A stretch of 64,000 nt of DNA from the NCBI RefSeq assembly GCF_009914755.1, contig NC_060926.1; one strand, given 5' to 3'. Made by a program: the position numbers and the translations under genes. Position 1 is the first letter of the stretch; each line of letters opens with the position of its first letter. The stretch is from the human T2T-CHM13v2.0 reference genome, Homo sapiens. Of this stretch, positions 13,771 through 28,607 are shown piece by piece. Below the pieces are notes generated by a model. It worked only from the letters and a program-made list of their open reading frames with translations. It searched no databases and had not been told where the DNA came from.

Positions 13771-15727
13771 CTCTATTATGGTTATCATTATTTCAAGATT
13801 TTTTTCTTCCTCTTTCTCCATTTTTATTACATGAGGGTGAGGACACCAGCCTCCCTTACTTCATTTGGCCTTAAGAGCATTATGGACTAACGTTAGCATG
13901 TTTTAAGCATTGGTGAAGTGATTTGTTAATAAATACACAACAGTACTAGAAAGTCAAGGAGAGAAGAAATGATATCTCTGAATTTTATGAAAAACAGGCT
14001 TCTACCCCCACTGAATCCAGGAACAACAATGACAACAAGGAGAAACACTCTTACTCTAAAGATTTTAGAATCTATTTGTCAAAGTATTTTTCTGGGACTC
14101 CCTTAGTAAAGAGGCCCCATGGTCAAATCTATTTTTTAAATGCTACATCGCATATCTTCAACCCTGCCCCCACTATCCCATTTATAAAGCACAATAATAT
14201 ATTAAAGCACATGAGAAACTCTGCCGTTAACAAAGATATTTGGCCACAAATCCCTCTTACCCTTTTATTTATTTTTTAATCTGCTTATACCTTTCACAAC
14301 TAGATCATTAGCCCCATGAAAGCATATATCTTCTTTGATTCCCTGCTATAACCCCAATGCCTAAAATAGAGCTGGGTACATAGCAGCAGTTCAATAAATG
14401 GCTATTGGAAAACAAATGGACCAGTGTTTTAGTAAATGCACCTTAGCAACTGCTGATCTAGAATCACACAGATGAGCTAGTCCAGACCACAAAGGCTGTT
14501 ATGATTCAAAGGTGGGAGTGAATAGTGGCTTGAACATCATTGATGTTTTTCTCCACTGAGACTGACTTCCAAACTAGTAAATTGAAAAGTATAGAATGAC
14601 TCACATAACCAAGAGCATAAGTGAGTTAGTGCAGCTCCCAAAGTTCAGGGATCCCACAGTGGGCCTGGCCAGGTTTCCCCACAGTCATGGAGGCAAACTC
14701 AACCCCTGCGTTTAGGGAAATCACATTTACCCACAGGCTGTAAACACCCCCTTATCCACACTTGCCAACCAGGGTTCCTACAAGAACAGCACTTAAGGCT
14801 TATTCCTTTGGGTGAAGAAATGGACCTCTGTAATCAAGACTTTTAAAATGCAAACACTTTAGAAACAATATATTAAGCTGCTATCAGTTAACTCAATCGT
14901 GGGATTTTTAAAGCATTTCTCTTCTAAGACTTCGATGAATTAAGAGGATAACAGGCAGTAGCAGTCCTGAAGAACAGTGGTTTGCAAACTTCAGGGTTCC
15001 TAAACACAACCTGAAGCTTGATAAGAAAGCAAGCCACACCCCAGAGATTCAGCAAGTCTAGAGTAGAATCCGGGAATTATTTTACCAGCCGTCTCAGGAA
15101 AGACTCTGCAGTCAGACTTCATCTCGGCCAAACCCCCTTCCACTCAAGAGTGACCAAGAACACTTTCTGAGTCCAATTTAAGTGCCTACCAAGGCCCCTC
15201 AACCTGGGCCCAAGCATCAGTGCTTTGTACTTGCCCAATACAAATTTATTAAGCAACTTCAAATTATATACTGCCCCTTTCCTCACATAATAATTTCCAG
15301 AATCATAAAAAGTGAAGGGTTTTAGTCTAAATTTACTTTGACATTGAGCTTGGGATAGTGATACCAAAACAATAATATATCCATGTTTTCACTTTTTATT
15401 GATTTTATGATGGTTTGACAATTTAAAAATAAACCAATTTACTTTTTCTGTCTCTTATATTTCATCAAAAAATTTTCGGGTCATCAGAACAGTTTTGGTG
15501 GATAAGATTTATTATGAGTTTTGACAATAAAACTGGATCTTTAAAAAAATATGAATCAGAGGGGGTCAGTGCCATAACAGCACTGCTCTTCTATCTTGTC
15601 TGTGTGCCTGCTTTCCCTCATGATTGTTTTTTGGCTTTCAAATAATGTCAAAAGTAAACAGACTGCTAAATTCATCAAACAGGCAATGAATTTTTTTCAT
15701 CACTATTTCTTACTTTTAAAAACTAGA

Positions 15728-16025
15728 GGCCGAACGCAGTGGCTCACGCCTGTAATCCCAAGACTTTGGGAGGCTGAGGTGGGTGGATCACTTAGGAGTT
15801 CAAGACCAGCCTGACCAACATGGTGAAACGCTATCTTTACTAAAAATACAAAAATTAGCCGGCATGGTGGCACACGTCTATAGTCCCAGCTACTGGGGAG
15901 GCTGAGGCAGAAGAATCACTTGAAACCTGGAGGCTAAGGTTGTAGTGAGCAGAGATCACACCAATGCACTCCAGCCTGGATGACAGAGTGAGACTCTGTC
16001 TTGAAGAAAAGAAAAAAAAAAACCA
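15728..16025 (+). mobile_element. AluS, near full length
   Basis: Dimeric Alu with A-tail; flanks AAAAACTAGA / AAAAACTAAA. Confidence 0.95.
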
Positions 16026-16045
16026 AAAAACTAAAGATTGGTTTG

Positions 16046-16486
16046 TGTAGTGATTGAGTGGTGACCCCCCCACAAAAAATGTGTCTACATTCTAACCTCT
16101 GAATGCTGTGAATGTCATCTTATTTGGAAAAATCGTATTTGCAGATGTAATTTAGTTAAGGATTGCTAAACGAGATCATCTCGGATTATCTGGGTCGACC
16201 CTAAGTCCAGAGGGAGAAACATGGGGAGAAGGGGAGAAGAGGAAAAGTCCTGTAAAGATGGAGGCAGAGACTGAAATCAAAGCAGCCACAGTCCAAGGAA
16301 TGCCTAGAGCCAGCAGAAGCTGGGAGGGGCAAGGATTACCCCCCAGAGCCTTTAGAGACAGCGGGGCACAGCTCACACCTTGATATCAGACATTTGGGGT
16401 CCAACACTGTGAGAGAATGAATTTCTCTTATTTTAGGCCACCTGGTTTGTGGTAATTTGTTATGGAAGCCAGAGGAAATGCATACA
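16046..16486 (+). mobile_element. MLT1C-like MaLR solo LTR
   Basis: TGTGAATGTCATCTTATTTGGAAAA...TTTGCAGATGTAATT...TTTGTGGTAATTTGTTATGGAAGCC...ATACA end. Confidence 0.85.
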
Positions 16487-17939
16487 GTTAGCTTTCTTTT
16501 ACGTCCTTTTTATGACATTGTCTTTGTTGAAAATTATCAGAAATATAAATATTCATTGAAGAAAATTTAGAAAATAAACAAGCAAATAAAAAATGTTTAA
16601 ATTTCCATTTTCTACCACTCAACCATTTTAACAGCTTCCATATTCTTTTATTTTTGCTCTATATGTCAATATAGGCATAGAAAAATATGATTGGCATAAT
16701 ATAAATTATATAATTTATGTATATAACATAAAGTACATAATGCATATGCTTAAAAATTATGTTTACAAATTAAAATATATTGGCATATAAAATAATTATA
16801 TACTATAAAATAGATTATACAATTGTGAAAGCTACACTTTTTACTTTTTAGATTATAACTATATTTCTATTAAATATTTTTCTACAGCATGGTTTTTCAT
16901 GGCTGCATGCTATTCCACTGTATAAAATTTACAGTAGTTTAATAAAATCCTTACATAACACATAGGTCATTTATAGCTTTTCACTATCACATGCAAAAGT
17001 GAGATGAGAACCTTATAGCTTAAACTTTATGTAGTTAATTTTTCCTTAGAATAAAATCCTAGAAGTGAAAATACTTCATTTAAAATTTTGCCCTTGATTG
17101 CTTTGACTTTTATCTTGCTCTCTTCATTTCCAGCTCCAAATGTCACAATTACTATGAAGGTGTATGTGTGTGTGTAAAAGACAGGGAGTGAAATAGAAAG
17201 TGAGAGGAAGAAAAAAGGAAAGATTAGAAGAAACCAAGACAACAAGGTATTATTTCTCAAAAGCAGTGATGTTTATTCCAGCTCATTGTTGCCCAGGACA
17301 CAAAAAGTTTACTGTTTCTTCCTGTTGTTGAGCTCTGGACCTCAAGAAACTTTCTAAAAATAATTATCAACCATAGAGTAACCCAAATATTGGCATTAAA
17401 TAAAGAACATTCAGATTCTCACGATTAATTCTCCAGAAGCTTAAATATGGCCATTTGTAGAAACAGGAATCATTCTCTTCACCAATACATTAAACAAGAG
17501 CATTTTGTATGTGTGTGTGGGTGGGTAGATGGGTAGGTGTGTGTGTGTGCATGTTCACAGGTATACTATGAAGTCTATACAAATGCAAATAAACAAACAT
17601 GTAAACTTTTTCTGAAAAGAATGCTAGCCAAAAATTCCAGACAATTTTTGGGTGACAAACTAGGGTATTTTTTTAAATGTCTCTTAAAATAATCAAGTCA
17701 GATCTGGATTTAGGCTTATCCCCCACTTTACCATAATACCACCAGGAAAGGTTTGTTCAACTCCATCTAAAAGTACACAGATGCACAAATGTGAAAAGTC
17801 CTGTAAATTAAGCCCAAAAATATGTGCCATTATGCACTGCTACCACAAAGGAGGGAAAGCAAATGCTTTTCAAGAGTCCTGGAGGCAGAAAAGCAAAATA
17901 CAAACAGCTTTTTTGCCTTCAGCACGTGGCTTTCTACAG

Positions 17940-18949
17940 TAATTTTTAAATATTTTATTAAAGTGTAAATTACATACAATTCATTTAAAGGGTGTAGTTC
18001 AAAAAGTTCTCTTGCACCTATTTGCAGTTGATCCCTGCTGCTACTAGGGTACAAGACAACCACTGATATACTTTCTACAACCGTAGTTTTTGCCTTTTCC
18101 AGAACTCCACCTAAATGGAATCATACAGTATGGAGTCTTTTGTGTCTAATTTCTTTCATTCACCATGATGTTTTTAAGATTAATCCATGTTGATGTGTGC
18201 ATCAGCAGTTAATCCCATTTTATTGCTGATATTCTATTATGTGGTTATTCTATATTTTGTTTATCTATTCACCCAGTAGTTGACATTTGGCTATCTGTTT
18301 TATATTTCATCGGTTTTCTTCTCTCATATTTCTTATTCTCTTCCTTCTGCTTTTCGGAGATTTAATTTGCCCTTCATTTTCTAGTTTCTTAAGGTGGAAA
18401 CTTAGTTCATTGACTATAAACCTTTCTGCTTTTCTGATGGGAGCATTTAAAGCTATTAACTTCCCTCTAAGCATTGTTTTAGCTACCTTTTACAAATCTT
18501 GATACATTTCATTTCCTTTTAGTTCAAAATAATTTCTAATTCCCCATGTGATGTTTTTCTTTGATTCACAGATTATTTATAAGTGTCTTATTTCAATTTC
18601 CACATATTTGGGACTTTTTCAAATTTCCTCTGTGTTGATATTTAAGTCCATTGTGGTACAACGATTTTAAATTTCTAAGTAGAGAATCATACCTCATATG
18701 AAAATTAAGAGTAGCTTTATTATATACAATGAGGAAAAGGAGATATGATAGCAAAAATAATCAGTTGTTCCAGCACCATATATTGAAAAGACAATTCTTC
18801 GACCATTGAATTACTTTGACACCTTTATTGAAAATCAATTAGCCATATAAAGATGAGCTTTTCAGGATTGTCAGGTCTGTGCCAAAGATCTGTGAGTCTA
18901 TCCACGTGCTAATACTGTACTGACTTGATCACTGTAACTTTGTAGTCCA
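17940..18949 (-). mobile_element. Non-colinear old L1M fragments
   Basis: AAATGGAATCATACAGTATG (3' region), TAACTTCCCTCTAAGCATTG (ORF2), GTTGTTCCAGCACCATATATTGAAAAGAC (ORF2 3'). Confidence 0.8.
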
Positions 18950-19716
18950 GCGATTTTAAGCTTGTAAGCAGAGTGTCATTCCTTGCTGGAAATCAAATTT
19001 TATTATCTACAGTGAGGAAAAGGAAGACTGATAGCAAATCCTTTACCACCTACAAACCCACATTTCTTCTAGAACTCACAGAGGCCAGTGAATAGCCTTA
19101 AGTAGACCCTGCCCCTGTTAAGCAGTGACTATGCCTAGGTGTCACATTTTTGATAAAGTTTTCCCCAAACACCCTAGGCTGAATTACCCATTCTCATCTG
19201 GCTTTGTCCTGAGGCAGTTGGTTCCTGTGTGTGGTGTGGTGGCTAAGACCAACATGGACCCACAGGCGTTCAAATCATGGCTTTACACTCACCTGCTCTC
19301 GGTTTTTAGTGAGTTACTGCCACTAAAGTACTGACTTTATGCCTTTTACTCTTGGACCCAAGATATTTGCAACAGATAAAGGCAAAATGTTCCTCATGCC
19401 TTACTGACAGCTTTAGCTTTACTTTCGTCGGATTTTCTGTAATATCCAGTCAGTTATCCTGAAGTTAGAATGTAGTTAGAGTCCAGATGACATCATCATA
19501 CAAAACATTCTTATTTCGGAGACCTGGTCAACTTTGTAATTTTTGTTCAGATTAAGTAAAAATTGGTTCTGCTGCCAGAAAGCCATTTTAAAGTGGCATA
19601 AAATAACATAAAAAAATTCTTCCTCAGAACTTTAAAGAATTCAAAATGAGAATAAAATAATGGAAATTTCAGTCCTAACCACAGTATTATGCTGTGGTAC
19701 AAGTGTGCGAGTGTGA

Positions 19717-19884
<168 letters not shown>

Positions 19885-22800
19885 TAAGCTGCTTGAAGTC
19901 ATCTTGTTTTTATCATGAGTGGTTTGATTTAAATATATGTGTGTATATATATAATTATATGTAAAAGTGTGTAGCAGAAAAAATAAAATTCCCTCCTCTC
20001 ACTCTACCTGAATTCCAATTTCCCATATAGGAAACCTCTGATTAATGTTTGATTGCTATGGGTTATTTTTTTAATTGTTAGTAGCCTCTCAGAGGCTATT
20101 GACAAGAAAAAAAAAAAGGCCATTGACAAGTTATGGAGGGGTTTTCCAGGTAGATTGAATCCTGGCATTTATGTCTGATTCCATTTCAAACCTCACTAAA
20201 ATTATAGCAAAGGAATAAAAAGGACATAGGCCCACAGAGACAAAGGGGACAGGATCAACAAAATTTTCTAAAGATGGAAAGCAAGTCAGCAACTGCCCTT
20301 CCATCCTGACCTGAGTTCAGATTTGTCTAGTTTACCTGCTTGGGTGGAAGGAGGGAACCAGCAAGAAGCAAGCAAATTCACAATGCAAAAGCTCAGGAAA
20401 TGAAGGTTTAATATCTCTTGCAAGTGGCCTGCAGAGTGGGGTTGAAGCCAGGATGAGAGGGTGAAAGCCTGCATATGGAGTGCTCAGGCCCTCAGACCCC
20501 TTTCCCCATTTCTAGCCTTCAGTGATTCCCCTGTTCCCACCACAGAGAAGCCTGGAGGTCTGCTATCTGGAAAAGCTATTGAGTGGCTATGAACTGGGGG
20601 CACTAGATACAACTAAGGCAGTAGGTAGTGCACAAGGGAAGCAGAGGAAGTAAGAGAAACTTGGGACAGGGAAGGGTGAAGTCCCCTTTTTCCTTCTCCT
20701 ATGGGCTTCTGGAAGACAAACTTTCAGGTTTATAACACCTCACCACTGGCCTGGTCACTTTCCCAGAATGGAGGAAATTAGAAGCCTGATATCTGAGAGC
20801 TCCTGTCAAGGGGGCTGAGACCCATCCTCATTCCTGTGCAGTGAGCCTGCCCAGTTGACAAGGTTCTCTCCCACCCGCTGTGCTTCCAACAGCCTTCCAA
20901 TGCCTTGCTCAATATAATACCAATGATCAGCCAAGAATCACCAGACATTTGAGGAAATGGAAGTCAATGGATATAGAAAACTGAAAACTCACTGACGAGC
21001 AGTATATTGTATGTTATTAGAAATAGAAGATAAATTTTAAAAAATTTATAGAGTCGAAAGACTTTGCCCATGGTGGGTGGAACTCTAAGGTGAATGGGGT
21101 GAACAGGGACCTATAGTTTTTCAATAGAAACTTTGTACTACTTGTTGATTTTTAAAACTAGATATTTGCATAAAGTTGACAAAAATTAAAATGAATTTTT
21201 AAGAATTTTTGTTTGATTCTTTAACAGTTTTTCTTTCTATTTCACCTTAGGCAATGTTTTTCCTGGTACTTTGGGAAGACATCTTCAAGTGGTTAACTGG
21301 TAGTTTTACATGTTTGTAACAGTCTCTGTTCATCTACATATCATCTGGACAGTTCCCAACTTCATGATGTCATAAAAAAGCACATTTAAACCAGGAGGTC
21401 ATACCCTGTTGCACTCATACATGACTATTTATCTATTGTAACCTCCCATCTGGCTACAGACATGATGAGACTTATTTTGTCAGCTGGCAAAGCAAATGCT
21501 TCAGCTTCACCTCTCTCAGTAGAGCCCGATTCACACGTGCCAGCTGCTTATAGAGCACCATGGCCTGTGCAAAGCCCCCAGCTTGCGTTATTGCCCTTGC
21601 CTTATAATAACCCTATGAAAAAGATGCTATTATTATCCTGCATTTTACAGCTAAACAAATTCAGGCTTGGAGAGGTTAAGTACCTCACCCCAAATCATCT
21701 GACAAGTAAATGACAGAGCCAATTTTGTCAGACTTCAAAATCTATGCTGTAATCCACTGCATTATTCTGCTTTTCATGCATTTCACGGCAAAATTGCTCC
21801 ATAGTGTATCTGGTTCCTGGATCAGCACTGCTGGACAACCAGTTTAGGTGTCACCAAAGCAATGATGCCTTTCCCTACACATTGTCCTGCCCACCTGAAA
21901 GTGCCATGAGATAAGAGCATGGCTGTTTTTCCTTTGCCCCGATCCTATTTCCCACTCAGTAAGACTGAGAAGAGATTCACTCAAAGAGTCTGCTGGGAAA
22001 ATAAGATGGACTTCATAATTTGAAAATTCCTTCTAAGAATGCTTTTAAGGTTATTAAGTAGTACATCCAAGAGTAGGCAGCTCTTGGGAGAGCCTGGCCA
22101 AGGTATCTAGTGATATCCAGGTGACATCTTGTCTACAGATGATGGAAGACAGGGGTGTAGGAATTTTTTGTTCCCTGGAATATTTGATTTCTTGAGGATT
22201 TGGAGGTGACAGTTCTAACGTCATGAGAGCATCACAGCAAACCATCTGGGTGGAGACCATGGGTAATGTACCTGGCACTCATTATCATGGTCCTCTCATT
22301 CACAGCACACATACCTTTAAGACAATCCTCACACACCAATATATCCTGCTCGTAGCCTTTTGAAAGAAACATTTCCTTGACAGCATTTGCAAATCATGTT
22401 TTGTTTTTCTCCTCTGGAATAATTTGCACTGAAGAAATTCTTCCATATGTCAAAGTTGGTCTCATCATTTTGTTTGAAGGAGGGAGGTAGGGAAGAAGAC
22501 TATAGTTAAGAAGCCAGTTCAAACCAGACCATGTATAAATATTGTAACAGCACGCTCTTGGCATGGTGTTCAAGAGCTTTCTGTTCCTGCAGGCTTCACC
22601 TCACTTCTAAAGTGTAGGTGATTTTGCACTAAACATCAGGTTCTGACATGAAAAATATGAGAACACAGCTGAAATATAGCTTAATATCCAGAATTTAGAC
22701 AATGCTAACACCTTAACTGTTATTGTACATAATATTTATGTTAGCTAACTGATTGTCATAACAACACTGTGAGGATGCAGGGGGAATTGCCTCACTGTGT

Positions 22801-23784
22801 AAACAGCATTGCCCTACAGATGGCTGTGCGTGTTCTCTATCCTCTTCACTTGATTATGCCTCCTTGAGGGGAGAGACGGGGATTGTTAAGGGACAGCCAT
22901 TGATCTCTAGTGATGGAAGACAAGATCATGTCATGAAATGTCAATGGGGCCTGCCTTACCCTCTCTGAGCCTCTCAGACCTGGTAGTTCCCAAGCACAGC
23001 AAATGCTTGAAATGCTTGAATGGCCAGTCTCCAATCATACACAGAACAGGGCCCAGCCACGTCCCTACATTCCATTCCAGCTCCTTTGTGACCACACGAG
23101 CAAGCCAGGATTCTGCAAGACACAAGGTCTAGGTTCAGGAATGAAGGGTTTTGTTTTTCTTTTGTTTTCCCTTGAGGAACGTTCAAAATTCTGCCTCCTC
23201 CTAGGCTTAAATTCTGGACTAATTACAACGCTCTGTCATTCCTGTTGGGGGATGAGAGGGCGGGACAGGGGTTGCAGATAAATAATGAAGAACATGTAGA
23301 CATTCTGGATGCCACACCCTCTGCAAGGCCCTCACTTTGTTATCATCTGTATAAACGTGCACACACACCCTTTTAAACGTTCCTGAGGGATATTTTTCTA
23401 AAGTAGTTCATGTTGCAAATATCAAAAGGTGACATCTAATAGGGATTCCAGTAGGACATAAATCTCTGTCTGAAGCCCTGCGAGGCCTGTTCTCCTGCTC
23501 CTTCCTTTGTGTGTACTCCCTTGGCCTGGGGCTGCTACCGCTGCCCTGTATGTCTCCAAAGCCACAATCTTGCCCAGTGAGCTGCCATAATTCCAGCAGC
23601 CACCACACCCTTATGTGCCTGCACCCCTATAACCCCAAACCTTCAAACAATACCACCACCAATGCCCTTACCTTGCTTCCACAAAGCTATCATTTTGGGC
23701 AACTCCACTGCCACCACCAAGATAACCTTCCTGGCTGATCAACAGAACTACACACTAAGGATCAAGCTTCCACATATATCATAG

Positions 23785-24154
23785 TGTTATACTACATGGC
23801 CCGAGGATGCCTCCAAATCTGAGTCCTTACATAAAGAACTGCAACCTAACTTAGTGTGTAAACTAACCGAAAGCCTAAGTAGGAGTATACTCTTGTAACA
23901 AATAGCTGAGTCTCGGCCAATCACAGCAAGGGATCTTCAGTAATCGTAGGTGGCTAACTGATTAAAATAAGGCAAGACATCAAGCTGTAACCAATTAAGC
24001 CAACTTCGTACCTCACTTCCGTGTTCTGTTCATAAATGCTGCCTGACCTGAGTTCTTAGAACCTGCCTGGTTCTGAGGGCTGCCAGATTTGCAAATTGTT
24101 CTTTGCTCAACTAAGCTGTTAAATTTAACTTGTCTAAGCTTTTTCCTTTTAACA
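23785..24154 (+). mobile_element. ERV1 solo LTR, MER57-family-like
   Basis: TG...CA termini, 4-bp TSD ATAG, CCAAT boxes (GGCCAATCACAGC, AACCAATTAAG), GTACCTCACTTCC. Confidence 0.85.
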
Positions 24155-24212
24155 ATAGTTTACCTGAGACACGGTTTGTTAGCACATTTTCACAGTTGAC
24201 TTAGCTTTCATC

Positions 24213-24398
24213 CAGCAATTCTTAGAACCAGCTGAGAATCACCTGGAAAGCATCGCATTAGAATCACCTGGAAAGCTTCAAGCACATCCTGATGTTTGGA
24301 CCCCATGCCCAGAGACACTGATTTAATTGGTCTGGGGTAGGACCTGGGCATTTCCATGCTTTACAAGTGATTCTTATGTGCACCGGGTTGAGAACTAC
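24213..24398. mobile_element. MER5-family hAT MITE
   Basis: CATTAGAATCACCTGG...CCCAGAGACACTGATTTAATTGGTCTGGGG...GGTTGAGAACTAC; internal 17-bp duplication AGAATCACCTGGAAAGC. Confidence 0.75.
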
Positions 24399-26640
24399 AA
24401 TTTAATTGCCTTTATGTCCCTACATATATGCAAAGCATGGGTGGTGCTTACGAACTGAAAAGGCCACATCAAACACACGTAAGTTAAGAGGACACTGATT
24501 CAATTTAATGGAGTACATATGTAACGTCTTCACATTTTTATATCATGGAAGAGCTGCTCTCATGGTCTGAGTGCATAGGGGATGGAAAGCAGGGCACTTC
24601 CTTCAACACTAGTTCCAGGGTCTCTACTATTCCCAGAACTCTGAGGGCTAAGGAGCAGCTACAGCTAAAAACCTATTCACATGGTTTTGGTCAACATGAG
24701 GCAAGAAGTGGTCCACAAGTCCAACAAGTTAATGAGTGGTCTTCCTTCCATCATGATGATGAAGTGCTCCCTGCTAGCCAACGTGCATCTTTCTCTTACA
24801 CTTAAGAGTTGTCTCCCACCAGCCAGCCTCAGTGAATGGGGAGTGTCCTATGGGGTTGTATAAATAGTCAGAAATCAACGTGCTGCACTTCTGTGGGGTT
24901 GTCTGGCTCTGACCATTCTGATCAGCCTTTTCTGTTCACCTTGGTTTCCACAATAAAACCTTGGCTAGGTGGGGGATCGGGGGTGGGGGAGGCACTATAC
25001 CATGAATCCAGACCCCCACAGCAGGCTCATCAGTTAGGTTTATCCTCACTCTCAATGAACTGGGAGGTGGTAGAGAGCATGGGCCCTGAAGTCCTAGGTG
25101 ATATGCCTCTGTTTTAATTCCAGCTCCCACACTTCCGGGCTGTGTAAATTGGAGGTAGTCATGATAACCTAATTCACAGAGTTCTTTTGAGGATTAAATG
25201 AGGTCATGTGTGGAAAGCTACTTAGCACAGTGTCTTGGTAAGTAATTAATGTTTTCTAATAAAGCACACAAAAGTTTTCACCTTGGACAACTTTAAAAAT
25301 CATTTAGAGGAATAAAAAACAGAGAGGGCCATGTGAAAACCTCCTAATCATGCTATTCACTATGAATTTGGAAGTGGCATTGGAAAAGTACGCAAGAAAG
25401 AAAAAAACTGAGGGGGGAAATGAGTTTCCATTTCTCGTTCAACACCTCTGTCTTGTTAGTAGTGAGGAAAGCTCTTTCTCCTGGATTCAGCAGAAATCAA
25501 CTCCTTCTCATTCTTCCTCCTGATGAAAGAATGGGGACCAGGGAGGAAAGGAAGATTCTGAATCAGATAATTGGATCTGAGCCAAAAGCACAACCTTTTC
25601 AGTCCCACAGCATGATCTCCAAGGGGCTGGTGAGACTCTGGGACCTCTGATGCCATTCCAGAGGCTGTTGAGAGCTTCAGCATTGCAGTCGCTAACCTCC
25701 AATGACCACTGAAGCCAAGACCATAAAGAAAACTTGCCTTTGCCCATTAGTCAGCAGACTGAAGTCATTCTACTACTCCACCAGGGCAGCGAAGTCAGGA
25801 TGCCATGTTTCCAAATTGACTCTACCCAAACCACCTAATGTCCTTAACTGGACTCGTAGCTGAACAACACTCAGGGAAGAGAAATTCTCTCTCATCTTTG
25901 GTAAATAAAAAGAGAAAAAAATCAATAAAACAATTTCCAATCTGCTCCTTAAACTCGATGCCCCACTGATCAGAAAGAGTCAGGAACAAACACATTAGCT
26001 CTGAGAGAAAAGAGCTTTTAAAAATAAGATTGGATCTAGTTGGCTGAACAATCATTATGCTTGAAATTCTCTGCGCCATATTTGCCAGTCAATAGAGCAC
26101 ACAGGGATATATACCGCAGGGACAGTGCCTTTCATCTGCCACCCGTTTCAGACCACATTTATAATTGCTATCAAGATCATCAAACCATCCAGGGACTTCA
26201 GGGAAAAGCATAATTCTCACCAAAATGAAGCAACAACTAGTTTGTAACACAAAAATAATACAGTTACCCTTGAGACCCAACTCTTTATTCAGGCTTCTCA
26301 ACTTGGAAATACTATCTTTTACTAAAGATTTGAATCAAAGTTTAGGTCCTACTAACCCCTGCCTTACCTGTTCCTGTTCAACTAAGTCTTTGAGGTCCAG
26401 TCCCACACAGTCCCCACGTCAACCCGCATCAACACAGAGCATATCAGAAGTCCCATCGTTTTCAGTGGACAGGGTCCAGATCAGTTGTGTTATCACAGGT
26501 CTAGGTTGGGGTGATACCTGGGCCCTTTGTGTCCTACTCCAGAATTACTCTGTTACCCGTCTGACTTTTAAGAATGCCATTTCTAGATATCCCATTGTTG
26601 GGTCCAACTCACAGAATAGTCTTTTAAAATGCTACTTTCA

Positions 26641-26945
<305 letters not shown>

Positions 26946-27230
26946 CTAACGTCTGTGATCTAACTAGTCAGTTCTGTTTGGGCCAGTCCTGGCTTCTTCC
27001 CTTCCACACTTGCCACTGTCACCACCAAGCCTGCCTGAATTATGAGAAATATTTGCGTTTTGTTTTTTGTTTTTGCTTCAACCCATAAAACTTAATCTCA
27101 GATTAAGCATTTGAACTATAGGCTACATGGCATGGGGCAAGTCACCAAATACTACAACAGTAGCTATGTGCTCCTGGGCAAGTCAATTTACCAGCTGTCA
27201 GCATCAAATTGACCTTTCAAGTTTACCTAG

Positions 27231-27655
27231 TGTAATGTACACAGCTGGTGCCCAGTCCATATCTTCATTTCTAGGGTGGGCACCCTCCCCAGTGTTCTGA
27301 GTGTTAGCTGCTAATATTCAGAGCTGCCGCCTTCTTTTAAGAAGTGAATTGCCCTCAGTCCACCCTCCATTAGCCTGGGCAGCCCACAGCTAATGACTGG
27401 TTGACATGGAGTACAAAGGGTTGACTCCCTTGTTTCAAAGTGGGCCACCTGTGTGACGCCATTTCTACTCCAGAGCATCCCACGAGATCAAGCTGAAGTT
27501 GGGTTTAGCTGAGACCATGCCCTTGCATTTTTTCCTCTGCCATGTCCCGCTTTCCTCATTTTCTTTCTCAAGAGAGCACTCTCTCAATAACTTGCTTGCA
27601 TAAACATCCCCAAACTCTGGCTCAGACTCTGCTTCTAAGAAACTCAACACAAGGA
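27231..27655 (+). mobile_element. ERVL LTR (LTR16-like)
   Basis: CTCCAGAGCATCCCACGAGATCAAGCTGAAG...CTCAATAACTTGCTTGCA...CTCAGACTCTGCTTCTAAGAAAC. Confidence 0.6.
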
Positions 27656-28607
27656 AACTAGGATTTTGTGTGGAACATGAATTGGATCAGATAAAGAGTA
27701 AGGCAGGAAAACAAGTTAGGAGCCCGCTGCCACAATCCAGCTAAGAAATGTTGTTTTTTATCTGTTCTACTCTGAAATTCTATGGTTCTCTGAACAGAAT
27801 GCTGCTAGTAGTCACAACAAGCTCATTAACTCTGTTCCATATGTTAGAAAGAACATAGGTCAAACTGGCACAGTGAGTTGTCTGCTCCACTGAGACTGGT
27901 GGTCAGAGAAATAACAAACAGAGAAAAAATGGAAGCATTTGATTTACTGGGAACCAGATTGTAAAAACAGATCATCTCCCAGTTCTTCGTTGAAATGTAA
28001 AATTCCACTGGGGATCCAAAGACAGGTCCCTTGACTTAGTATGCTATTGATTACACGTAGATTGTCCAAGGATAATCTAAGCTATCCACCCTTTGCCCCC
28101 AAGGGTTCTTCCTGGAGTCAACAAGTGTTGCAGAATGTGACTTAAACATAACTCGAAGGTAAACCTACTTCAGATCAGAGACATCAAGATGTATGCAAAA
28201 CCAGATTGGTCTTGGGTTATCTATAATTCCAGTCAACATGGGAGTTTATGCCTTTTCTTTGACAAAGGTAAGTACATCCCTGTTTTTCACACAGGTCTGC
28301 AGAAATATCCTCAAGAATTTGAAGTTCTCTATAAGGATTGTTTTTCTATTTTAAATTTTTACGTTAACCTTTAAAAAATTAATCTAAGTGAATTCTATTT
28401 CTCATGGATGGCCACTGATAACTGAACCTTGCCATGAGATTTCGATGTTGGTGTTATAATTGGGTGTTGACCTTATTGACACTAAGGTGATTATCCAGAA
28501 CTACAAGTGCTAACTTTTAAGGAAGAATCTCTCAAGCTGGACATTTGTACGTATATTCTCATGAGTCCATGAATTTCAAAATGTGAATGATTGCTTCATT
28601 TCTGAAT

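Noticed and set aside
16690-16830. Very AT-rich tract as a structured element
   Set aside because: Low complexity with no consistent period or arms.
23590-23760. C/A-rich stretch resembling mitochondrial DNA (NUMT)
   Set aside because: Composition only; no mitochondrial gene or tRNA sequence recognised.
28189-28273. Possible exon ending at the strong donor AAG|GTAAGT (28268)
   Set aside because: An isolated motif with no recognisable peptide or partner exons; a lncRNA exon cannot be excluded without RNA data.
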